This document shows, in pieces, positions 1 through 14,598 of a stretch of DNA of 64,000 bases. The notes beneath the pieces were generated by a model. It saw only the letters and a list, made by a program, of their open reading frames with translations, was not told the DNA's origin and did no database searches. The stretch is from NCBI RefSeq assembly GCF_009914755.1, contig NC_060934.1. One strand, given 5' to 3'. The stretch is from the human T2T-CHM13v2.0 reference genome, Homo sapiens. The translations under genes were made by a program, and so were the position numbers. How positions within the stretch are numbered: position 1 is the first letter of the stretch; each line of letters begins with the position of its first letter.

Positions 1-179
1 CACAGCTTGGAGCTGCGCATACACACGGGCTGTGGGCAGTCAAGCCAGGCTGAGAAGGGGGCTTGGAGGCCATGCCGAGGAACATGACCCCCGTCCTGCA
101 GTCCTGGGGAGCCCCGCCAAGGGGAGGTGGACTCCAGCGTTCCCGTGGGAACACTCTCTCATCTAACTCTCTCTCAGCC

Positions 180-345
180 CTTGGTCAGCAAAGTTTCAAT
201 CTGCCTCCACCTCACTTAACCTTGTGTATGGCATTAAATTCCTCCAAGTCCAGTTTTTCTTGTCCCCAAAATGCAGGTAATAGGACCCACCTGATAGGGC
301 TATTTTGAGGATTAAATGAGATGTTGAGGGGAAATGTTTAAGTCT
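180..345. mobile_element. MIR SINE fragment
   Basis: MIR core-like text (cagtttttcttgtccccaaaatg...taataggacccacctgatagggctattttgaggattaaatgaga). Many similar MIR fragments occur elsewhere in the window and are not all listed. Confidence 0.6.
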
Positions 346-359
346 CTTTTAATTCAGAG

Positions 360-817
360 TGTTAAGTTTAGCCTAAAGCTGCCTCCTTACATGTTTTAAG
401 TTCAGCCTAAAGAATTCTCCGTATACAGTGAACTGTAACCTAAATAGTTACAGCTATGGGTACAAGAGTAGGTTACAGCCTGTTTGTAGGATACAGCTTG
501 GGCTCTGTCCTAGATGTGTAAACAGGCTGTAACCTACTCTTGTACCAATCACTGAATTTCAGCCAATCAGAGGTGGCCAACTGCTCAAACCCTGTTCAAA
601 TAAGGCAAATGCCGAGATGTAACCAATTCAGCTGTTTCTGCATCTCACTTCCATTTTCTGTACGTCACTTTCCCTTTACTGTCCATAAATCTTCAACCAC
701 GAGGCAGCGCCCCAGCCTCTCTGAACCTTTCTGGTTTAGGGGCTGCCCCATTCGCAAATCATTCTTTGCTCAATTAAACTCTCTCAAATGTAATTTGTCT
801 AAGGTTTTCTTTTAACA
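360..817 (+). mobile_element. Solo ERV1 LTR, MER57 family
   Basis: TG...CA ends, 4-bp TSD AGAG (356-359 and 818-821), three CCAAT boxes and ATTAAA near the 3' end; matches the recalled MER57 consensus. Confidence 0.8.
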
Positions 818-1138
818 AGAGATAAATATGATAAAAGACTACATTTCTCCTGTAAGCACTGTGCATACCTTCCAAGCAGTAGGGTGCTTACCAGTAAGAA
901 CGAAAGAAACTGTCCAAGCAAATGCATTCCTGCAGCTTTTGTAGGTTTTATCAGTATTTTGTGAAAATGAGAATTCTGCTGCTGAAGTCTTTTTGTTGTT
1001 TCAGTTGCTTTTCAAACACTTTATATAATTGCACAAGGCATAAATCTATAAATAATATGCAAATACACAGCTTAAAATTGAACTTGATAAAAAGATTCAA
1101 CAGTAAGTATATGAGGGACTTCTAGTAACCAAACTTTT

Positions 1139-1428
1139 CTTTTTTTTTTTTTTTTTTTGAGATGGAGTCTCGCTCTGTCACCCAGGCTAGAGTGCAGTGG
1201 CGCCATCTTGGCTCACTGCAACCTCCGCCTCCCAAGTTCAAGCAATTCTCCTGTCTCAGCCTCCTGAATAGCTGGGATTACATATGTGCACCACCATACC
1301 CAGCTAAGTTTCTGAATTTTTAGTAGAGATGGGGTTTCGCCATGTCAGCCAGGCTGATCTCGAAGCGATCCACCCGCCTCGGCCTCTTGAAGTGCTGGGA
1401 TTACAGGCATGAGCCACTGCACCAGGCC
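1139..1428 (-). mobile_element. Alu (AluS-like)
   Basis: Poly-T followed by reverse-complement Alu body ending ...caggcc. Confidence 0.95.
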
Positions 1429-1519
1429 AAGATTTTCTTAAAAGGGCATTTTATTCAAACTCGGAAACGGTTTATCTTGATGTTTACTCTACCAATTCAC
1501 TTGATTATTTTATCATTTA

Positions 1520-1860
1520 GATTTGATTGTAAAAGAAAAAATCTCGTAGTAATAGTGGCTTAAACAAGATAGAAGTCGATATGTCTTTTACACTCAAGAA
1601 GTCTAGAGTTGGGATAGTTTTTGTGCCCACAGTGTCACCTTGTTCCAGAAAACTTTCTTTCCCCAATGTCATCTCAGGGCCCAAGATGCCCACTGGAGCT
1701 CCAGCTCTTCGATCTGTATTTCAGGAAGAAGGAAGAATGATGTCAGAGGTGTGCATCTCACTACATCCCCTTGGCTACAACTTAATCACACTCTCATGCC
1801 TGCCTGCGAAGGAAGCTGGGAAATGTAGTTCTTATTCCAAATGACCACGTACTTTGCTGA
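1520..1860 (-). mobile_element. Old MaLR LTR fragment (MLT1J/K-like)
   Basis: agtggcttaaacaagatagaag... and gaaggaagctgggaaatgtagt motifs typical of reverse MLT1; highly diverged. Confidence 0.45.
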
Positions 1861-2661
1861 ATATCAAGGATTCTTGTTCCAGAGTAATGAATATTGAGAC
1901 CACCTCACTGACTCTATCCCTGTCATCTACTTCCTTAGAATTTTTAGTAAAATGATTCTTGGTAGCTTATTTTCTGAAGACTTGTATACAACACAATGTT
2001 TTTATTTTGTTACCTTCTATTCACAGGGAAGTTGTATTAACGCTTAACTCATTAAGTGAGTGACCACGTGTAACTCATGAGTTAAAGCACACAAAACTTA
2101 CAACACTGTCTGAGAACATGTCCCATCAATGAGCTGTGGCCGGAAGGTCCAGAGGGAACATCTTCAGTTCTCACTGCTAGCCCCTCTGGGCCTGGGGGGC
2201 CAGTTGCACTTTACTTTGGCTCTCAAATTCCTGTGTGATCCTTTATTCCTTCCCTGCATGAACTTCTTCAGCAACTCTCCTCCATCCAGAAGCTGGAGGG
2301 GAAGGCACGTGAGAGCAGATGCAAAAAGGGAATGTAGATCACACAACTGTGGCAAAACCCTGTGCAGCACATCTGTTGAGCGTCTTCTCCCACCCCACCC
2401 TTCTGTCCCTTCTGATCCCCAGGAAGGACACAAGGAGGCTGGCCACCCAGCCTGCTGGGGCGTTACTCTGTTTGGAGCTGGCAGGGTGGGGGGTGCGACT
2501 CACTCACCGTCCTGGGTGGCCCTACTGCCACTCAGGGTGTCGAGTGAGACTCTGGCTTCCACCCGGCTTCCCACATTGACTCTGGGAATCCGGCACCTAG
2601 AACATCTACGAACTCAAAGCTGAACCTCTCCCAGCACATCAGGAATAGCTGGATCTATTAA

Positions 2662-3016
<355 letters not shown>

Positions 3017-3912
3017 ACATGAACCTCTTCTAAGAAAATACTGACCTCCCAGACCCTCAGATTCCTGGGAGATCAGATGGTCTGTTTAATGCTGCAGTTG
3101 TATCTTTGAAGAAAAGCCTTATGCCAGCTTCTGTTCACTCCCATCTAGCCACTGAGCCATAGAATGATTAACATAATTATTGCCCTTAACAGAAACTGCA
3201 GTCCCGTGGGAGGGTGAGCAGAAGAAATGAGGTGTGACATCCCTGGGCTTCACTTTCTTGAGCTGAGTAATTACAGATCTTACCTTCTGTCCCACCAATA
3301 CCTTCAGAACCAGGGTTTCTCCACAGTCCCTTTCAAACTGGCTTTTGCCTACTCAGCCTTCACGTTCTCAGGAATCTCCAGCCCAATTGCCAAAGCAAGC
3401 CCAGGCTCCCGACTCACGCAATCGTCGAGGACACTGCGCCTGCTGCTTTGCTCATCTCCCGCCCCGTATGAGCTCCCTGCCTTCCTGATCCCAAACAGAA
3501 CCATCTTTAACCATGCCCTGGCGCACTCCATCTGAAACAAGGCTTCGCCAGAACTGTTAATAGCCTCACATCTCTTCAAAAGGTGGCTTCGGGTTGTGTG
3601 GGGATGAAAGGACACACGTGTGGTGTTTACTAGCATGTAGACATTTAGTGAACCTTTGTCCCCGATTCTGTCCCCTACCCCGAGGCTCTGAAAAGGAACC
3701 TATTTTCCCTGCCCTGCAACAGGGTGTTTTTCCTCCTCCTTCAATGTGTGCTTCCGAAGCCCACACATCCCTCCCGCTCTTGTCTGCCTACAGCTTGGAC
3801 TTCTCCTCCTCCTTCCTCACTTCCGGGCTTGTCTTGCTTCTCCAGCCTCTTCACCATGCATGAGGGCATTCCTGATCACACTCCAGCTATGGGGGACCCC
3901 ATTCCTGCAATC

Positions 3913-4079
3913 CAGCAGTTTCCAAACACGGGTGCACACTGGAGGCACCTGGAGAGCGTCTAACACCTCCTGCTGCTTGGGCTTTATTCTAGAAACCAAT
4001 TCAGGGGACTCTCTGGGGGTGGGGCCTGAGCTACTTCATTTTAGAAGCACATTACGTGGTTCTGATGTATAGCCAGGTT
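3913..4079. mobile_element. MER5-type hAT DNA transposon remnant
   Basis: cagcagtttccaaac...ctgggggtggggcctg...ggttctgatgtatagccagg resembles MER5A/B. Confidence 0.55.
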
Positions 4080-5056
4080 CTTAGTTCCTGGGCAAATCTA
4101 TTTCACTTTGGTACTATGGTGAAAACGTGTATGAAACAGTGCTTGCCCAATTATTTTCCTTAATCTTGACACAAGTGGTCACTTCATGGAACCATCACCA
4201 TAATCCCGTTTTAGAACAGTTCTCAAAGAATTTCTGTATACTCACATCAAGATTTGGAGAACAATCATCACCAAATTCTAACCTCTCAACTAGTGTGAAT
4301 CTCCTACGAGGTGGCTGATGAATTTCATTAGTCTAGGCCTCAGTGCTTATGCTCGTCCATGCCTTTTAATTTTGTTCTGGTTCTGCCACTCACTAGCATG
4401 TGACCCTGACAAATCATTTCACCTCACCAGAGTCTGTTTCCTCACCAGAAAAATGGAACAATAGGAATGTCCACTCCTCAGGGTTATGAGGAATGGAGAT
4501 CAGAGACGGGGAGCCCAAATGCCTTTCAGCCAGATCTTTCAAGGAGACAGAGGTGTGTGGGCAGAGCCTTCCCACCACCAGCCCACATGCTACTAAGAGA
4601 CAAGTCTGGGTTTCAGTCAACTTAGCCTAAACTTCAGGCTGAGTTGGGAATGAAGTTTGGGAACTTTGGGAATGAAGTTTGGGAACAGATTTCCAAAGCC
4701 TTTCTGCAGGGCACTGCATTTGCACATGAACCTCTTCTCAGTAAATACCGGCCTCTCTAGCCCCTCAGATTCCTGGGAGATCAGATGGTTTGACTGTCTA
4801 ATGCTGCAGCTGCATCTTTGAGGGAAAGCAAGTCTTTCTATATTTGAACCACAGTTGTCCATGGCTCACAAGCAGGAACTTCACGGTCCTTTTTATAGAA
4901 TGAATAAACCTACTTTATATAGAGCAAATTTTCTGATTCATAGCAGGTTTGTGGGTTATCAGAGGTGGGCATACCTGTCTCCTCCCTGAACACAGCTTTG
5001 CACTTAAAATGACACACAGCAACCATACACTCAGTAAGCACAGGTAGTCAGTGTGG

Positions 5057-5062
5057 TTTATT
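5057..5062 (-). terminator. UROS: UROS polyadenylation signal AATAAA
   Basis: TTTATT on the + strand, ~260 nt downstream of the stop codon. Confidence 0.8.
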
Positions 5063-5320
5063 TGACTTCCTTCCTGCTGGGCACAGGAAGCTCTCACAGG
5101 GCTAGGGTTTAAGCTGGCTTCCACAGAGGGCAGTCACGTGCACGTGGGCCTGAGGCCAGCCCCAGGTCAGGTCCCGATCCCCGGTCCTCAGGTGCTTCCA
5201 CTCAGGCTTGAGGCAGGAGTCTGACGGCAGCAGCTCCCGAGAGCCCTTGCCGATGCCTGGCTCCATCCAGAGCCAGCCCAGCCCAGGGAGGCTGCATGGG
5301 GCCAGCGCTAGGTGGCTGAC

Positions 5321-5458
<138 letters not shown>

Positions 5459-6828
5459 CTATAAAGACAGAAGAGAAAACAGGGCTTCAGCACACCAGGA
5501 GGGGCTGGGGCAGCAGGCAGCTGGATGTGTGCAGGGGCCGTCAGCCAGCTTTGCGGTTGGACGTTACTGCTCATGTGACGTGTTTATAAAAATGACAACA
5601 CTGCCCGATTCTAGCCCAGCTTCTGAGCGTGCAAAATACCTCTGCATCCACGCTCTCATCAGTCTGCCACCCTGAGCGACTGTCGCCAGGCTCAGGTGAG
5701 GGGCAGGGACTTGAAGGCCCCAGGCTGGTGCTCACCATCACGGCTGTGTCAGTGCAGTCCTTCCTCAGAGGCTCTAGCTGCAGACAGTTCTTCTTCGGGT
5801 GTTGGGGGCCCTGGGTCTGATCAAGGGGAGGATGGTGTGGCAGGGGCAGTGACTGAATCCCCAAGAAAGTAGAGCCATCAAGGTCAGGGCTCTGTGGGCA
5901 CAGGGTTGGGATTTAAATCCCAGCTCCACAGGACAATGACCTTGGCCGGTGGCCCATCCTCTCTGGCCTCCATCTCCTCATCTGTCAAACCGAAAAGATA
6001 ACAGGACTCTTCACTGGGCTGCTGTGGGGATCAAATGAGGTGACAGGTGTGAACCACTTGGCCTGGCCCAGAGATAAGCTCAATGACCGTCATGGGCTGC
6101 TGCCTATGTTGTCGTGATACTTCCAATCAGCCAATCCGGGGCACTGGCCTCATCCACAGGACATCTCTCTCTGAACAAGCACCACAGGCTCGATGGTTCT
6201 GTGCAGAGCCTCGCCTGGGATGGAGCACTGCTTCTGTCCCGGCTCTGCCCCCTGCTAGCTGTTATTAGTGCAAGTCCCTTAGCCTCTCTGATCCTCACCT
6301 ATAAAAGGGGCACAGTTACCCTGGCCTCAGAGGGCTAGTGTGGGGGTTAAATGAGAGAAGGTCCTCATCCCCCACTCTCCTCTGCATTGAGACTGTGGAC
6401 CCCAAACCTGTTTGGGAGCAAGTGAGCATCCAACATTGGCAGCCCCTGCCCAGCACTCCGCTTCATCCTCCCTCCCAGCAAGTGAGCAGCAGGCCAGGTG
6501 GTAGTGGAGGTAACAAGCCACCTGTACCTCTGCATAACCTCGGATGCTGCGGGACTGAGGCTCCTTCCTCCGGCTGAGTCAGAACGAGGGGAGGGAGGCC
6601 ACTGTCCTGCAGAGGCCCCGCTCCCACCCCGCCCACAGTACTGCCTTGCTAAGCACCCATTGCTTAGGAAACTCCCTGAGGAAAAAATAAAGTTGGACCC
6701 CTACCTCACACAACACACAAAAATCAATTCAAAACAGATCAAATACCTAAGTTCAGAGCTAAAACTACACAACTCGTAGAAGGAAACATAGGAGTAAATC
6801 TTCAAAACACTGAATTAAAGCAACACTA

Positions 6829-7560
<732 letters not shown>

Positions 7561-8404
7561 TTGTATTCAGAATAAGGAATTCTGGCAATTCAACAATAAA
7601 ACGACAAATAACCTGGGTTAAAAGTAGGCAAAGGATTTGAATAGATATCTCTTTAAAGAAGATATAAAAATGACTAACAAACACATAAAAAGATGCTCAA
7701 CACTGTTAGTCATTAGGGAAATCGAAATCAAATACATGCTGAGAAACCACTTCAGACCCACAAGGATGGCCATAATCAGAGACAGAAAAATAAGGACATG
7801 GAGGATATGGAGAAACTGGAACCCTTACACATTGCTAGTGACAATGCAAAATGGCACAACCACTTTGGAAAATAGCAGTAATTCGACCGAACGTTAAAGT
7901 TACCTTAGATCTAGTAAATCTACTCCTAGATATACACCCAAGAGAAATGAAAATGTATGTCCACACAGAAAATTGTATTTGAATGTTTAGCATTATTTAA
8001 TAGCCTGAAAGTGGAAAACAATCCAAATATCCATCAACTAGTGAATGGGTAAATAAAACGGTCCTCAGCATGTACTATTATTTGGCACTAAAAAGGGATG
8101 AAGTACTGGTACCAGCTACAGCATGGATGAACCTTGAAAACACTATGCTAGTGAAAAGAGTCAGTTACAAAAGACCACATACTGTATGATTCTATTAATA
8201 TGAGATGTCCGGAATAGGTAAATCCATGGAGATGAAAAACAGTTGAGTGGTTGCCAAGGAGTGGGAGGAATGAGGGAATGAGGGGTGGCTGCGAATGGGT
8301 ACCGGGTTTCTCTTTGGGGTGATGATATGTCCTGGAACTAGACAGTGGTGATGGTTGCACAAATCTGTGACTCTCATAAAAATCATGTTAAAGTTTACAT
8401 ATTG

Positions 8405-8540
8405 GGCTGGGCGTGGTGGCTCACACCTGTAATCCCTACATTTTGGGAGGCCAAGGTGGGAAGATTACTTGAGGCCAGGAGTTTGAGATCAGCCTAGGCA
8501 ACACAGTGAGACCCCATCTCTAAAAAAATAAAAAAAAAAT
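8405..8540 (+). mobile_element. Alu left monomer (FLAM-like)
   Basis: Single monomer with A-tail; TSD aagtttacatatt on both sides. Confidence 0.85.
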
Positions 8541-9922
8541 TTTTAAGTTTACATATTAAAATCATAAAAAGTAAATTTTATGGTTTGTGAATTACATCTC
8601 AATAAAGCTATTTAAAAATTTGAAAAAAAGAAACTCCCTGGGACTGGGAACCAGCAAATGGCAAACATGACTGTAGTCCTAGAGCAGGGGTATCAACAGT
8701 TTGGTGAAACAGCAGCTTTTTCACAGGAGCCTTTCACTCCTGTGTCAATGAATGCTCACATGATGCTGCCCCACAGAGCAGCAGTCTTCCCCAGGCCAGG
8801 CGAGGGGGCCCAGCATCAACGTTCTTTCTCCATCCCTGGCACAAACTGGACGTGAGTGCACCAGCCTGGCTTTGGGGGCAGCAGCCACGTTCACAGCCTG
8901 GCTCTGCCACTGTGGCTAGTGAGCACTAGGTGTGAAGATACCCACCTCACAGGCTGCAAGGGCATTTTGCTGTACACAGGAAATTCAGCTGCTGCCATTA
9001 GTGTGGTGGTGGTGATTACGAATCTGCTTACCTACTGCTTTGCAGTGACATCTCTGTGGCATTTATAGACAAGTGCGTGGTCTTCCCAAGTCAATGGATA
9101 AGTAGCAAGTTCAGGTCGGAAGTCACCCCCTTTGATCTTTTGTGGTGCGCCTGCATGTTGTGCAATGCTGTACAAACAGTGGGCCCTACAGGGACTCCTG
9201 GGGAGGGAGGACAGTAGCAAATCTGAGGCTGAGCTGAGACAGAAAAGCCTAACTACCAACTCACGGGCTAGGACTGTGTCCTCTGTGAACCTTGAAAGCA
9301 CCTCACTATCCAGCGCCAAGTCCCAGTGTCGAGGGACAACTCACACCCCACACACAGTGCCTTCGTGGCCCCCAAGCAGTCCATAGTCACTGTGAGCAAG
9401 GCCAGCTCTGTCACTTTCTCCTCCTCAGCAATGGCAGAGGTGTTAACTACTGGCAGGCAGGGTAATCAATCACTGTAGTAAGAGGCGAGGGGGCTACTGA
9501 GAGCTCCTCAGAGTGTCTGGAGGGCTGCAGAAATGGGTGTGACAGATACAGGATAGGAACACGCACTCAGCCCCCAGCTGCCATGGGTGTGGACAATGCA
9601 GGCAGCAGTCTATTCAGAAAGGCCTGAGTTCTTGGTTCAGATGCTGAGTATCCATTTGTGCTTTTAAATATGCTCACTATGAAAGAAGATAGAGTATAAA
9701 TCTTTTGTTCTTCCTCTAGGCAAACACTAAGAAGCTTGGGGAAAACTGTGTTAGGCTTATACCACCAGGCATCTCACAGCATGGTGTGACTTGGGGGTGG
9801 GTGGGTGGGGTGGAGGTGGGGACTCCTCCTACAGGCCCAGGGGAGAGGCAGCAGGGCACAGAGGGACAAGAACCAGAGCAGGACCAGCACCGTGACCCAT
9901 CCTGACCTGCAATATGACGTAA

Positions 9923-10297
<375 letters not shown>

Positions 10298-11281
10298 TCT
10301 CTCTAATCTTTCTAACCACAAGATTCAGATATTGTTTTTCTTCCTCGGTGACCTGTGTGAGTCCTGGGCCTTCTAGGAACTCAAAACATGACTTTGGCAA
10401 GTTGTTTCACCTCTCTAGCCCTCAGTGTCCTCACCTGTAATGAGGAACACTGACCTCTTTTTCTGGATACCCACCACTGGACTGGTGTGAGAATTGTATC
10501 AGTTACTGCCCAGAAGTGCATCAACTGCTCAGCAGCTCCTGAGACCATGGCAAGGCATCACCATGGCTGACAATGTGGAATCAGTCTTCCCAGGTTCAAC
10601 TGCAGCTCTTCCTTCTCAGCAGTGTGACCTACAGACAGGCCATATGATGTCTCTGAGCCCCGTGCTCCATCTTTAAAACTGGGAGAGCGGTGCATACTCC
10701 CCACATGAGATGCACCTGTGAGAAGGCAGGTGAAGCCTTTTGCTCTTCCTGACTGCAGTGAGTGGCAGTGTCTGTCCTTGGGCTCTGGGTCACATCCTGC
10801 ACCCTCTCCTCAGTCCCTCTGGAGCCAGTTCAAGGGTGTTTCTATTACAGACACAAGAGTTGTGGTTATTTGTAGACTCATAATAAATACAGTCCCTAGT
10901 AAGTGAGAATGTAAACCCTTTAAAAGATATGAAAAAGGTGACTGCTTTTAGAATAGACAATAATGGCAAACATAAGATGGGGGAAAGGAAGGAAAGGATG
11001 TTAACACCTGTACCAAGCCCTGAGCTAATTCAGGACTTTACTCAAATTCCCTCATGTAATCCTGAGACTCATCCTAAGCAGGGAAGACCATACACATGTC
11101 TATGAAAGCCACAGAGAGACAATTATCCCCATGCTGCAAGTGAGGAAACGGGCTGGGAGAAGGTGAGCAATCTGTGCAACAGCCCAGCAGGAGGTAGAGC
11201 TGCCCTTCCAATTCTAAGGCACCTGCTAGGCCAGGGGTGTCTCACTTGACATTGAAGCCCTAGGATAATTCATAAAGATTA

Positions 11282-11515
<234 letters not shown>

Positions 11516-12396
11516 TCAAGCCACAGGCCACCAAGGCGGTTTTAGCACAGGAGTGGTTCCCGGCTGATGCTGGCATCCTCTGCTCCAGTGAGGCAGGATT
11601 CTGGTAGGGAACTGTTGGAAAGAGCAGGCTGCCATCAGAAAGCTGGTGCTGCCCCAGGTCTGTGTCTGCCTGGCCAGAGGACATGGGCATCCCGGAGCTC
11701 ATGTGCCCAGCAGCCTAGACAATGCCTCTAGCTCCTGTGGTCATACGGCACTGATCACATGAGGCAGTGGTGTGAGGCAGTGCTGGCTCCCTGTCAATGC
11801 TCCCTCCCTCTGGAAGCAGAGCAAGCAGACAAGCCTGCCTGGCCTTTTTGCATTTGGTTTGTCCTATCAGGCCCTCCCAATACCAGGCAAGACATTCAGA
11901 AGCTTGCCCTGGGAGAGGAAAGGGAGGTGTTTTACTGCATATAAATGCTGAAGACATCAAGGAACTCAAGCAAGAGCTATCCATTCTCCTGCCTGAGTCC
12001 TCCAACAGTCCCCACGGACTCCCAAATTCAATCCAGACTCCTTGGTGGCCACTGTCAGCTCTTCCCACTATGGGCTCAGCCTCCCTCTCCAGTGTCTGCC
12101 CCTCCAGCTCCACCAGCATCCCCGTATGATGAATAGCAATGATAACATCAAGGCCACTATTTACCTCAGGGTTGTATGTATCTTCGATGCTGTACAAAAA
12201 GCTTTGCGTAAATTATCTCCTTTAACCCCTATAAAAACTTACCACTTCCTCAAAGTCACCACATTAATCTCTCCAAAGAGGGAGATTTCATAGACCACCT
12301 ACTACAAGCACCTCTTACCGAAATCACTGATTTCAAACCAGCTTGCAATAGACATTTCATGAAACAACCACAAAATTGTTTCCATTCCTAATTCTA

Positions 12397-12651
<255 letters not shown>

Positions 12652-14517
12652 TCAAAAGCAGGAAAGACTTTACCGCACTGGGCACACAATGGGGCCTCCA
12701 CCACTTCACAGCACAGTTGGTGAAACCTCCCAATACAGCACCACCCTCCTGGAACGAGCTGCTTGGAAGCTGAGAGGCCAGACTCAGCAGAGAGGCCTTG
12801 AACAGTCCTCTGCAGCCTGCTAAACGCTGTGGAGTGGTCCTGTGGAAGAGGAGGCTGAGACGGCAGAAAAAGAACAAAGGCCCAGAAACCAAAGCCTTCA
12901 TTTGTACCCAGAATGCCTTTTGTTCCCAGGCTTATGTAGGTTTGTCCACACAAGGCCGTCCCTAGTCACTCCATGGATCCCACACAGACTGGTTGCATGA
13001 CACCAGCAAGTGTAGGAAGGGCAGCTCTTGGGAGAGGCCTGGAGTCCAGATCCCCGGCTGCACTCCAGCTGTGCCTCCACATGGCCACGCGTCCCCTCTC
13101 TGGGCCTCAGTGTGTCCACTTGTACAAGAACTGATTAAGCCGTGGACTTTCCCACATTCCTCCCTGTGCCATTCAGCGACTCTGAATATTCCCAGGGGTT
13201 TTCAGGGCTGGTGATGAGGCGCTAGGCACTGAAGGGACTCACGCAATTTCAGTCAGATATTGACTTATGAGGGGCAGCCAGATGGTAGGTGAAAAGTAGT
13301 GAAAACTCAGGCTTCTGAAAATAAAATGGGAAACTCTCTCAGAAGAAATGATAACTTCAGCATAAAACAGCAACCTATTGCCATTTCATATCCCTGAAAA
13401 CTAAAGAAATAAACTGAAGTATCAAACCTCTGATTTATATATTATTTCTTTAAGGGTAACTGAGACCAAGCTTTCTCTTATTTTATCCTGGTATTTTCTT
13501 GTTCCCGAAAAGCTAATGATTTTGCTGATCTTATTACCTAATGTCCTCTGCCTTTATTCCTGGTAGCTTTAGAAGACAGATGATATGGGTAGAAGGGATA
13601 CGATCTAGCTCCATTTTAATACGGGGGGAAAGTTACAAGGTCTAAGGTCATCCTGGGTCACACTGCTCATGTGGACTATTAGAGCTTCAAAACCCTGGGA
13701 GAGACAGTAACAGTCATAGTTCCATGGAGAGCTTGCCTTTGGAGAACAAGGTGTCATGCTACATGATCTCTGAACACCTCTATGAGGCAGGTACCATGGT
13801 TATGTACAGATAACCATATTTCACAGATAAGGATACTGATGCACAGAGAGATTACATCACTTACCTTCATTCACATAGCTAATAAACAGCAAGAGGGAGA
13901 ATTCAAATCTGTTTTTATCTCATCCGAAAGCTGGTACTCCAAACCACTGATAGACTTTGCTCCCAGACTAACTATGTGACAGCAAAAGGTGCGCAGGTGA
14001 CAGCTAAGACATCTGCATCGAGGACGGCAGCATGCTTCAGAGGCAAGAACTGGTTTCTAGGTGCTGACAGTCTTGGGAGCCACGGCAGGTGGAGCTGGAG
14101 GGGCAGGTGGAGCTTGTGTGGCTCGGCTGGAGGGTGCTGCATGCTATTATAAGATCGGCTACATTTGTAGACTTTCTTCTACATGTGGAACCAATTCTAT
14201 GGTTTGTCACCTCAGTTATCTGCCCAGGGGCCACCTCCACATCTCGATCTCCTGTCCTCTTGGTGAAGGACTGGAGACACACTGTGTGCTCCTAGCTTGA
14301 GCTAACAAGCTGGGAAGAGTGGATCCAAAGAAAGGAAAGTGCAGACTGCACGTCCACTCTTCCCATGAGCATGGTCTCTGTGTCTCCTGGCCTGGCTTAT
14401 CCAACCCAGCCCTGCTCTCCCTTGTGTGCTCTCTGCAGGGCCACCCACTTCTATCACTGCAAAGGCTCCTGGTGGATCCCAAAGTGGTAAGGGATGCAGT
14501 CAAAGCATTCTACTCGC

Positions 14518-14598
14518 CTTTGTCCTTGAGCGCTTTTGGCAGGATTTCTCTTTTGAGGTTTCCACAGGGAAATAGAAGAGGCAGTGCTGAGGACTCCC
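14518..14598 (-). CDS. UROS: UROS exon 7 (GC donor)
   Basis: (R)[26 protein letters not shown](G); 81 nt; donor reads AAG|GCGAGT. Confidence 0.97.
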
